Origin: Anolis carolinensis
Taxonomy: Eukaryota
Direction of reading: 5' to 3'
DNA length: 64,000 nucleotides
Assembly (NCBI RefSeq): GCF_035594765.1
Contig: NW_026943819.1
Location: 14,930,703-14,994,702 of the forward strand
Below are positions 25,061-35,853 of the stretch, piece after piece. Position 1 is the first letter of the stretch. Each line of letters begins with the position of its first letter. Below the pieces are notes generated by a model, which worked only from the letters and a program-made list of their open reading frames with translations, ran no database searches and was not told where the DNA came from. A program made the position numbers and the translations under genes.

Positions 25061-28000
25061 ATGGCGAACCCAGTGGTCTTCTTCGACATCGTTGCCGGTG
25101 ACGATCAGTTGGGGCGCGTCACCTTCGAGGTAAGGAAGGCGGGGGAGTGACGGTTGGAGGGGGCACTGAGGAGAATTCTGGAGGAGGGAAAGGCCGCCAT
25201 TTCCTGTCAGGGAGGAAGGGAGAGAGAGAGAGCGCAGCGGGGCCATTTTGGGATCTTCTGATGGCAATGAAAAGGAAGGAGGGGGAATAAGGCGCGCGGC
25301 CTTCTCTGCGGGGCGGGGGCGGGAAGGGGGAGCTCAGCCTCACTGCGGCGCGGAAGGAGGTGCGCGCGCAGCTTTCTCCTCCACGTGGCCCGCCCTCGAG
25401 CGGGGAGGAAAAGGGAGGCCCAAGCCCGCCTTGCCTTGCCTTTCCTCCTCCGCCTCCCCCCCCTCCCGCCGCATCCTTTGTCTTCTGCTGCGGCCTGCCT
25501 GCATATATCCCTATGCGATTCCTACCTTTAGGAGTCTGATAATTGTAGAGCAGGCATGGGCCAACTTGAGCCCTTCCTCCAGGTGTTTTGGGCTGCAACT
25601 CCCACCATTCCTAACAGCCCCAGGCCCTTTCCTTTCCCCCCTCAGCCGCTTAAGCGGGCCTGAGGCTGTTAGGAAAGGTGGGAGTTGCAGCCCAAAACAC
25701 TTGGAGGGAGTGCCCAAGTTGGCCCATGCTTGCTGTAGATGATAATGATAGGAGAGGTTTTCTGCCGTGAATTTGCCTCCCCATAGCCTTGTCCCTGCCC
25801 ACTGGCCTTTTAATGCAGTTAATAATATAGTAGTATTACAGTAGAGTCTCACTTAATCCAAGCCTCGCTTATCCAAGCTTCTGGATTATCCAAGCCATTT
25901 TTGTAGTCAACGTTTTCAATATATCGTGATATTTTGGTGCTAAATTCGTAAATGCAGTAATTACAACATAACATTACTGCGTATTGAACTACTTTTTCTG
26001 TCAAATTTGTTGTATAACATGATGTTTTGGTGCTCAATTTGTAAAATCATAACCTAATTTGATGTTTAATAGGCTTTTCCTTAATCCCTCCTTATTATCC
26101 AAGATATTCGCTTATCCAAGCTTCTGCCGGCCTGTTTAGCTTGGATAAGTGAGACTCTGCTGTATTATAAAATTCCTTTCCAGACCACCCTCTTTCCCCA
26201 GAGGGATTCAGGCGGTTAACATACATATAAAACAGCAAACATCCAGTGCCACAACTGCATCACTTAATAATAATTTTATTTTTGTACCCTGCCTCCATCT
26301 CCCCAAGGGGACTCGAAGCGGCTTACATGGGGATGAGCCCAGTCAATATCATAGAATATAATCACATTAAAATACATGCACAGTGTCATAAAACAGAATA
26401 AAATAACAATTATAAACAGCATAGCAGTTGTGATAGAATAAAATATCAAAAAGTATAAAATCACATATTTTATAATAAAAAAATCCAGGTCAGAAAGAAC
26501 AATACATTTAAACGTAACAGTCAGTAAAAACATGATTGCACAGAGTGTATACCCGGACCAAATTAAAATGACCAAATTGCAGAAGATGTTCGGCATTTGT
26601 TGTAATTCCTCTTAGATCATATAAGGTGACTGTTATGTTAATCCTCTCTGTATGCTAAGGTGCATAGATGTGTCTTCAACTGTCTTTCTTAAGGGAGAGG
26701 AGGGTGGGGACCATTTTTATTTCTTTAGGGAGAGATTTCCAGAGGCGAAGGGATCACATAGAAGTTCTCATTCCCACCAGCCATGTTTGTAAAGGGGGGG
26801 GCAGGGCTTCTTCCACTGACTGAAGTGCCCAAGATGGTCTGTACAGGAAGTTGCAATTTTGACAAATAGCCTCAACCCGAACCGTTTAGAGCTTTATTGG
26901 TAAAGACCAGCACTTCGTATTTAGCTCAGAAACAGACTGGCAGCCAGTGGAGTGCCGCCACATGGGAGCAGTTATCTCCTTGTGTGGAGCTCCAGTTAGT
27001 AACCTGCCTGCTGATCTTTGAACTAGCTGTAGTTTCCAAACTGTCTTCAAAGGTAGCCCCACATAGAGAATTGCAGTAGTCCAAACAGGATGTGACCAAG
27101 ACATGGACTACCATGGCCAAATCAGTTCAAACAGTTTCAGACTTAACAGGCAGGCGACCGGCTCCTGCCAAAGCATACGAAAGGAAGCCCTTCATGCCCC
27201 TCTGGAGTTTGTGTGATTTCCAGCCAGGCCTTAAAGTGCTCCAGCTTTTCCTATGGAACTAACCCTCTGCACAGTGAAAGCACTTAATTCAACACTGGTT
27301 TTAAACTGCATTAAATAGTTTAATCTGTCCTCAAGTGTAAGTGAAGTGCAGAGCCCGGGAAAGTGCCCCCATTTTGATCCATGATGAGATCAAGAGAAGC
27401 AAATGTGGGTTTCATGGGGCCGTTTGAGGGGATGCCTGCTGCTGCATGTCAGATGACGCATTTCAGGGCGCAGTACATGGTGTTGCTCCAGAGCCTGTTA
27501 ACAAGCATTCTCAAAATTGTACAAGTTAGGAAGCTGTGGCATTCATTTGATAGAAATGAATTGGTAAAGATCAGGTTTGGGTGACATAGAATCATCCCTT
27601 CTGTTCTTTCAGTTCTGCAACAACAACAAGGCATGGTCTGATACTATATAGGCGCTATCTACACAAGCCATTTAATTCAGTTTGAAGGTAGCTTCGAACT
27701 ATCATAGTCGGACAACAAACTCGCAAAAGAAAGCCCTTAAAGTGGATAAATGTTCTTTGGTTTGCCATCCGAACCTCAAATTGGTTCCAGGATATGTAGA
27801 GCAGAATATTTTCTCCCAAATGTCAGGTGGCTTTTAAGTTTTTCCTTATAATTGTATGTTATTTATCTAGTCCCAGCAAAAGTACCAGATTGTGCCTGAC
27901 CCTGGAACCTAAGCAGGGTCAGATTTGGTTAGTATTTGGATGGCAGACTACCATGGCGTGACAAACTCTGTCTCAAAAGAGAAACTGGAAAAACCACCTC

Positions 28001-29856
28001 TGAGTATTCTTTGCCTAGGAAAATCCTATGAAGTTGAAGGAGTGGGGGCTGCCAAAAAGCAATAGGCGACATGAGGGGGTTGATGCCTCATTCAGAGATT
28101 CTGTTTACTAGAGCTCCTTCTAGACTCCATCTTAAGCCTGAAGTTGTAAGAGTGTTGTGCTAGTTGTCTTTTGTACCTTAAATCAATTGAGTGGATTATA
28201 GCTTGTATAAACATTAACACTCTCAGATAGTTGTAAGATTTTAGTAGAGTTGACTAAATGGACTTCGAGAGTTGTTAGTTGCTATGAACAGAATTTGGAG
28301 GCAGACACTGGAATATGAATATTAATTGTATAGAAGTTCTTAATTTGAATAGATGTGTTTTGACTATGCAAAAATAATGGCAGAGGGAATCACAAATCAA
28401 TGAATATTGGAACAGATATTTTGGAAATGAGCACTCTCAAGTTGAATATGGCATTAACAAATGTCTCGCTTTTTTGCCTCACAGCTGTTTGCAGACAAGG
28501 TTCCCAAGACAGCAGGTTTGTAATTGACAGTCTCAATTTGTTGCCATGTTAGCTTAAAACTTGAGTTGTCAGCCACCTAAGCAAATGTCCTGACTTATGT
28601 CTGGCTTTGATTTCAGAAAATTTCCGTGCTTTGAGCACTGGGGAGAAAGGCTTTGGATACAAAGGCTCCTGCTTTCATAGAATCATTCCTGGATTTATGT
28701 GTCAGGTACATAGTATATATTGATGTTCAATAACTTGTGGGAGAATAAATGTATTTTAGGCCCTCCACTTTCATGGGGGCTAGGAGTGTAGGACTCTTGC
28801 GAAAGAAGGGAAATTGCCAATTAAAATGTGTTTTTTTTTAACTTGTAGGAATCAGTGTGACTCAGTGGTTATCATCCAAACATTGACCCATGGAGTCACA
28901 CTGGATGAACCCATATTAAACTCTGGAAAATAAAACCTGCAAAAGTTAAGACACTCAAGTGTAGATGGTACACTGAATTTTATCTTCAACCTTGCTAGCA
29001 TTGTATTGTGTAATAACTAGAGATAAACAGAATTCCAAAAACCTAATGTTAAGTTTTAGTGCTCGGTTAACATTGCTTCACCCAGCATCTAGTTTCAGCA
29101 GTATGTATCTTGTTTTTTTGACAGGGTGGTGACTTTACCCGCCATAATGGAACAGGGGGTAAATCCATTTATGGCGAGAAATTCCCCGATGAGAACTTCC
29201 TCCTCACGCACACAGGCCCTGGCATCTTGTCTATGGCAAATGCTGGACCCAATACAAATGGGTCTCAGTTCTTCATCTGCACTGCCAAAACCGATTGGTG
29301 AGTATTTTTTGCTTGAGGGTTCATTTGCAAAGCAGGAGTTACTTATAGATGGCTTTCAGTTTAAGCAACAATGTGTATGCCTGAAATAGAATATTATTCT
29401 CTTACCTGAAGTTTAAACCTGTAGCCCTCCAGGTATTTTGGACTTCAGCTCCCAGAATTCCTGGTCATTGAATGTGCTGGGAAGGGCTTTTGGGTGGTTG
29501 AGGCACAAACACCTTGGAGGACTACATGATTGACACCTTTGCCATAGGTTATCTGAATCTTACAAGGGCAGTTAATGCTTGTTGCATTTAGTTGGGAATC
29601 TTTTGAGTTTTACCAAAATGGAAGCCCTCGAAAGTGAATTTGAAACAGCTTGATGGAATCACAAGCTATTCTAGATTAAAAATGATGTGCACAGGTGCCC
29701 TAATTTATCTAACTTCTTAGGTTGGATGGGAAACACGTGGTCTTTGGCCGTGTGAAAGATGGGATGAATATTGTGGAAGCCATGGAGCGCTTTGGATCAA
29801 GAAATGGCAAGACAAGCAAGAAGATCACCATCTCTGACTGTGGGCAGCTGTCATAA
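25061..29856 (+). CDS. PPIA: Peptidyl-prolyl cis-trans isomerase A (cyclophilin A), 165 aa, 5 exons
   Basis: Exons 25061-25129, 28485-28515, 28617-28705, 29125-29297, 29721-29856 (69/31/89/173/136 nt; total 498). [13 protein letters not shown]...[28 protein letters not shown]...[10 protein letters not shown]...DCGQLS*; no mitochondrial presequence. Confidence 0.97.
25551..25732. mobile_element. Palindromic hAT-type MITE (caggcatggg family)
   Basis: Long imperfect inverted arms; relatives at 35720-35853 and ~61546-61731. Confidence 0.8.
25839..26162. mobile_element. Tc1/mariner (Tigger-like) MITE
   Basis: Same TIR as 10753-11074; TA on both flanks. Confidence 0.85.
26270..27125 (-). mobile_element. 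Decayed L2-type LINE 3' fragment
   Basis: Minus-strand remnants [36 protein letters not shown] typical of the L2 ORF2 C-terminus. Confidence 0.75.
27878..28075 (+). mobile_element. 5S rRNA-headed SINE remnant (5S-Sauria-like) in PPIA intron 1
   Basis: ggaacctaagcagggtcagatttggttagtatttggatggcagac resembles the 5S A box/IE/C box region (GGAAGCTAAGCAGGGTCGGGCCTGGTTAGTACTTGGATGGGAGAC), followed by non-5S body. Confidence 0.65.
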
Positions 29857-30013
29857 AATTCCTTTTGTCTTAACAATCAACCATTCCTTCTGTAGCCGGG
29901 GTTAGTCCCCTGTAATCCTTGTGCTCCTGGTTTACTGCTGGTTTTCTATTGGGTTTCAATTTCTGCTTCCTCACAAGTCCTACTGGACTGAAGACAACGT
30001 TGTTTGCAAAACA

Positions 30014-30019
30014 AAATAA
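30014..30019 (+). terminator. PPIA polyadenylation signal AATAAA
   Basis: About 160 nt after stop, followed by ATTAAA and a GT/T-rich tract. Confidence 0.7.
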
Positions 30020-32359
30020 AACAAATTAAATCACATGCTAGTTTGTTGTTTTCTTTCCTCTGGTGAAGATTTTCCATGCTGTAATAGTTGTGTTCTAATC
30101 TTAAATAATGTGTTGCCAAATTTTGGGAATACATGTGGAGACTTTATAGCAGGCCTGTTGTCCTGCAGGTGTTTTTGACTTCAACTCACAGAATTCCTTA
30201 CCATTAAACAAGCTGACTAGGGCTTCTGTGATGTCATAGGCAAATTTACTTGAAATGACACTGTTCGTAAGTATAGGTAACCATATAGGAAAGTAATTTG
30301 CATCAGTCAAGCAAGAATTACCAGTTGGTGGCTTCTTGAAAAGAATTCCCAAGTTTTAAAGCTATTATGTAAAGATAGAAAGATAAAAGTAGGCAGGGGG
30401 TAAAAGTCCAAAGATGGTACTCCCTTTCATAGCCAAAAAAAAAACCCCCATTAAGAATAAAAGGTAATTAAAAGATGTCAAACGTGAAGATGTCGAAAAC
30501 AATTTGCTTAAAACTTCATGTATGCTATAGAACCTAGTACACTTTTTTGTTTCCATAACTGTTAGTATGTTAGGCTAGCACTACGGTTCTGTTACTTTAA
30601 CTGGCAAAATAACAAAATTTAATGGTTGTGCTAATTGATATTTGAGATTGGCAAAAAAAAATGTACGGCATGATCCTAACCCTGGTTGTTTTTCTTCCAA
30701 CCGTGCAGCTGTAAATTCCCAAGGGTTATCCAGGCTCCTCTGAATCGGCAAGTGTTCTCATTTGTTAAGGGACATGCTACCTCTGGCTAGTTGTGAATAT
30801 TGTGTTGTTTCTTGAACTATCCTGAGTCTCTTATAAAAGTTAGAACCTTTGTTGGAAATTTACTTGTTCTGATGTTACCTGTAGACCACAGGTAAATAAC
30901 CGCTTAGTAGGTTATTTACCTGTGCTTTCAAGCACAGTAGAATTTAATCTGGTTTCTCAAGGATTCTGCAACTCCCCTCTTAAGTGATCCCCCCAAAAAC
31001 TCAGTGATAGAGTTATCTCAAGGCAGAAATAACCAGAAGCAACATTAGCTACCGGTGACTTTGTCTACCCATCCATCACTGGAGTAAACAATAATGGGGC
31101 ACCTTCCCAGCAGTGTTGCCATCAGTTGCTCACTATTATAGGAAATAGAATTCCAAATGGTCTTCTTTGATTACAGTAGTAATTGACTAATAAGGCCACA
31201 TAAGTGTTGGAATTTGGTAATTGACAGTATCTCAAATGCGATCCTTTCATACTGGTTTTGCGACAGCTGTTATACAACAGCCCTGAATTACTGAGATGCC
31301 TGTTTGCCTTCCAGCAAAATTATCCTGTCTCGCCGTCAATGCCTTGTAAAAATTGAGTGGAGATCCATTTTCACTGCAGTGGACTTAGAATAGCGTATTT
31401 TGTGACTAGTTAATGCTGGTTGTATTTCCTCAAAATGCAGTAGTCATCCATAAAGCACAGTATATCAACTGATGGCATGTTATCTCTAAGTCTACATGCC
31501 TGATTGAAAGTCCAGGGTTTTTCTCTTAGATAAAAACTATCTAGAGGAGTGTTGCAAAGATAAATACAAAGGGGGTTAATGCTGAATCCAGTACTATACT
31601 GGTCTACCAGAGATCATTTTTGAAAGGAATAGAGAAGATTGCATGTGTTGGAAGGACAACTCCCATGAGCCCCAACATATAGGATAGAGATGATCAAGTT
31701 TGGAGAGGAGAAGCAGTTGGTTCCACCTACCTTGAACTAAGGGCTGTCTCATTTGTACTTCTGTTTGTGAAATATTAATAAAGAGAAAAAAATTACTGGT
31801 ATTCCAATAACCTCTGTAACAAAAACTGAAAAATCTTAATCTCAACTTCATTCTACACTGTTTTGACAATTCATAATCCACGCGTTCCCTTAACTAGGAT
31901 ACTGCAAGTGGAATACTGCTAATGTTAATATTCTAATTGGATTGGATAAATCAATAGCTCCCAGTGTGCATAATCTACAATCTGATTTGGTATGATCTCA
32001 TTAATGTCCTTGTTAATCTGTCTTTGTTGCCTTCTGCAGCAATTTATGGGAAATGGGTTTGCTGCTTGATAATTTTCAAAATGTACATCCGATTATGCCT
32101 GGTGCGTTACATCTCCCGAGGGATTGGGAGGTATCCACAACGTTCATGTTTGTCATACATTTGAGATTCCTATATCCTGCCCATCGAACCGATGGATGAC
32201 GTCACCATCCTAGACCTCTCTTCTCTGCCTGCAGGAGCCAGACGTGCAGATGCAGACGCATCTCTGGATGCTTTGCGGATGAAACAAGCAGAGCAGCACC
32301 TTCACAAAACAGACTTCCGGCTTTGGCTGGCCAGCAAAACAGCCTAGAAGTGCATCGGG

Positions 32360-32578
32360 TTGCTATGAGTTTTCCGGACTGTATGGCCATGTTCCAGAAG
32401 CATTCTTTCTTGACGTTTCACCCACATCTATGACAGGCATCCTCAGAGGTTGTGAGGTCTGTTGGAAACTAGTCAAGTGGGGTTTATGTATCTGGAAAGT
32501 CCAGGGTGGGAGAAAGAATTCTTGTCTGTTTGGAGGCAAGTGTGCATGGTGCAATTGGCCACCTTGATTAGCAATGAA
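32360..32578 (-). mobile_element. Penelope-like repeat copy with hammerhead motif
   Basis: Reverse complement of the 24155/32988 family; core at 32412-32446. Confidence 0.75.
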
Positions 32579-32987
32579 TTACAGTAGAGTCTCGCTTATC
32601 CAACGTTCTGGATTATCCAACGCATTTTTGTAGTCAGTGTTTTCAATGCATTCTGATATTTTGGTGCTAAATTCGTAAATACAGTAGTTACTACATAGCA
32701 TTAATGTATAATGAATTACTTTTCTGTCAAATTTGTATAACATGATGTTTTGGTGCTTAATTTGTAAAATCATAACCTATTTTGATGTTTAATAGGCTTA
32801 TACATACATATGTAATGTGCGTAATTCCCATGGAGTAAGCAACAAAATCACTGGACCAAATCACATCAAATTTGGCCACAAAAGACATTAATCATCCAAT
32901 CAATCTGCAGGCAGCAGCGTGTCACCAAAAATGGCTAGGTGTGTCAGTGCTGACACACGTATCATGGATTAGCCATCACTGCAGTAG

Positions 32988-33260
32988 ACCTTGAAGCTGC
33001 AAGGCCATTCAATGCTAATCAAGGTGGCCAAGTGCACCATTCATACTTGCCTCCAAAAAGACAGGAGTTCTTTCTCCCACCCTGGGCATTCTACAAGCGA
33101 TATAAACCCCCATTGCCTAGTTTCCAACAGACCTCACAACCTCTGAGGATGCCTGCCATAGATGTGGGTGAAACGTCAGGAAAGAATGCTTCTGGAACAT
33201 GGCCAGGCAGCGAGGAAAACTCACAGCAATCCACTGATTCTGGCCATGAAAGCCTTCGAA
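32988..33260 (+). mobile_element. Penelope-like repeat copy with hammerhead motif (longest copy)
   Basis: Core CTGAGGA 33143-33149, GAAACGTC 33170-33177. Confidence 0.75.
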
Positions 33261-33669
33261 GGCACAGAAGGGATAGTGTTTTTAAATCAAAGCTTTCCAT
33301 TAGTGACAACATCCTGATTCGAGGAGAGGTTTCCACCCAAGGTTTTTGCTCCTCCCCCCCCTTCCCTCCCCATGGTGTAGATTAGGCTTTCAGCCTCTGC
33401 AATGCTGCATGCGGGGCTGGCCAAGGCTTGCCCCAGAGCGGCAATAGCAGCAGGGAGGAGCCCCCCCTCCCCCAGGAGCCCCGCCCGCCCCGCGAGAGTG
33501 GAAATGTACTGCGCCCTCCTCCCCCTCCCTCCTTGCCTCGCCTTCGTCGCGGGGCGTTTCCCTTGAGAGCGCCGGAATGAAGTGCTGCAGCAGAACAGCG
33601 CCACCGCGCGGCCAATACAAGTACCGGCCCGAGAGGAATGCCTTATGGACTGTTGCAAATTTTATCCTT

Positions 33670-33920
33670 GAGTTGCTGTGAGTTTTCTGGGCTGTCTGGC
33701 TATGTTCCAGAAGCATTCTCTCCTCACGTTTCACCCACATCTATGGCAGGCATCCTCAGAGGTTGTGAGGTTTGTTGGAAACTAGGCAAGGAAGGTTTAA
33801 ATATCTGTGGAATGCTCAGGGTGGGAAAAAGAACTTTTCTCTGAGGCAAGTGTGAATGTTGCAATTGACTACCATGATCAGCATTGAATAGCCTTGCAGC
33901 TTCAAGGCTTGCAGCTTCCT
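33670..33920 (-). mobile_element. Penelope-like repeat copy, hammerhead cleavage triplet mutated (GUG)
   Basis: tcctcacgtttcacccacatctatggcaggcatcctcag. Confidence 0.75.
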
Positions 33921-33965
33921 GGCTTCGAAAACAGATTTATCCTTGAGATGAGTAACTTTTAAATA

Positions 33966-34766
33966 CAGTAGAGTCTCGTTTATCCTATGTTCTGTATTAT
34001 CCAACACAGTCTCCCTTTTAGTAGTCAAATGTTTTTGTAGTCAATGTTTTCAATACATTGAGATGTTTTGGTGCTAAATTTGTAAACATGGTAATTACTA
34101 CATAACGTTACTGTGTGTTGAACTGCATTTTCTGTAAATTTGTTGTAAAACATGTTTTGTTACTTAATTTATAAAATCACTAGCTGTGCCCGGCCACGCA
34201 TTGCTGTGGTGTAGTATGGTGGTATGGGAAATAAAGTGTTGAGGAATTGGTGGTAGTTAAGGTAAAGGGTAAAGGTTTTTCCCTGACATTAAGTCCATTT
34301 AAAATGGGTAATATAGCTGTGTGGAAGGGCCTTGAGTCTACACTGCCATATAATCCAGTTAAAATCAGATAATCTGTATTTTATAGGCAGTGTGGAAGAG
34401 GCCTAAGCGAGGCCTAATTCTGCTGTCCCCTGGGCTGAGTGGGTTGCTAGGAGACCAAATGGGTGGAGCTTAGCCTTCTAACTGGCAGCAATTGGATAAA
34501 AACAATTAGTCCTCTCCCTCTAATTAGGACTTTATTTTTCTTTTCTTTTTGTTGTATGAATGTAGAGGCATGGATGAGGGGTTGTGTTTCCAAGTTTATT
34601 GTTTTGTTGTTTTGTCCTAGGTCGAAATTTCATTACCCTTTTATATATATAGATGACGTAATTTGATGTTTAATAGGCTTTTCCGTAATCCCTCCTTATT
34701 ATCCAACATTTTGGCTTATCCAATGTTCTGCTGGCCTGCTTATGTTGGATAAATGAGACTCTACTG
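33966..34766. mobile_element. Tigger-like MITE interrupted by a Helitron
   Basis: Both TIRs and TA flanks present; internal sequence resumes after 34653. Confidence 0.8.
34180..34653 (-). mobile_element. Non-autonomous Helitron carrying SINE-tail and MITE fragments
   Basis: Minus strand TCTATATAT...CTAG; splits host aaaatcA^Tgacgtaatttgatg with no TSD. Confidence 0.82.
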
Positions 34767-34840
34767 TATGTTTTCTTTTTATCCGTGACTTCCTCTTATT
34801 GTATATACTGTGTTGTGATTTTGTTGTTATATGCCAATGA

Positions 34841-35170
34841 GGAGCTCCCAGTGGCGCAGCGAGTTAAACCGCTGAGCTGCTAAACTTGCAGATCAAAAGG
34901 TCAGCGGTTCGAATCCAGAGAGCGGCATGAGTTCCCACTGTTAGCTCCAGCTTCTGCCAACCTAGCAGTTCGAAAACATGCAAAGGTGAGTAGATCAATA
35001 GATACCACTCTAGTGGGGAGGTAAGGGCGCTCCATGCAGTCATGCCTGCCACATGACCTTGGAGGTGTCTACGGACAACGCCGGCTCTTCGGCTTAGAAA
35101 TGGAGATGAGCACCAACCCCCAGAGTCAGAGACAACTAGACTTAACATCAGGGGAAACCTTTACCTTTAC
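34841..35170 (+). mobile_element. Sauria SINE
   Basis: tRNA-like head (gtggcgcagcgagtt A box, ggttcgaatcc B box), ACCTTT-repeat tail; second copy 56030-56362. Confidence 0.85.
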
Positions 35171-35719
35171 TTATACCACACCATAAACTGCAAACTGACT
35201 TGGTATTAATATTGACATACTGTAATTAAAACCAAATGAAAACAAATTAAGACAAACTTAACTATGTAACACAGTTTTAGTGTATTGTTGAAGGCTAGTT
35301 TAATTTTTGTTTAAAATATTATTTTTTTATTTTTGCCAGTTGCTTGAGAGTTCCAGAGTCTACTGTGTATGGATTGAGCTCTGGTAAGATAATATTTATC
35401 TCTTTCATTTATGTTTATGAGCAAATTCCCAGCAGGATCCCTTCACAGCTAGACCTTATGTTTGATGCTAGTAACTTTCCGGAGCTGTGCTTTGAAGCCT
35501 GACATTTTCCAGGCGTCTTCTCTGTCTCTTTGACCTTTGTTTCTATTTCTGCCAGAAAGAATGGTAGGCCCTTATCTATTGTGAAGGTGTAGTGAAAACC
35601 AAGAGAAGAATGCAGTTTGACAACAGAGAGAGGGATCCAAAGACAAAGCTTTGGATCAAGTTGTTTGAGGAAGGCGAAGGACCAAACATCACGTTTCATC
35701 GGAGAATTAATCTCTAGAG

Positions 35720-35853
35720 CAGGCATGGGCAAACTTGGGCCCTCCAGGTGTTTTGGACTGCAACTCCCACAATTCCTAACAGCCTACCGGCTGTTAGGAA
35801 TTGCGGGAGTTGCAGTCCAAAACACCTGGAGGGCCCAAGTTTGCCCATGCCTG
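35720..35853. mobile_element. 134-bp near-perfect foldback hAT MITE
   Basis: Exact 8-bp TSD ctctagag (35712-35719, 35854-35861); arms differ at about one position. Confidence 0.9.

Noticed and set aside
24583-25852. Several 100-160 aa ORFs around PPIA exon 1
   Set aside because: Expected in a GC-rich CpG island plus a palindromic MITE; only 25061-25129 is PPIA coding.
27881-27953. Possible 5S rRNA gene
   Set aside because: Truncated, many substitutions and fused to a SINE body; annotated as a 5S-derived SINE.
30229-30310. Loose hairpin or snoRNA-like segment after PPIA
   Set aside because: Stem is short and bulged in AT-rich DNA, with no convincing C/D or H/ACA boxes.
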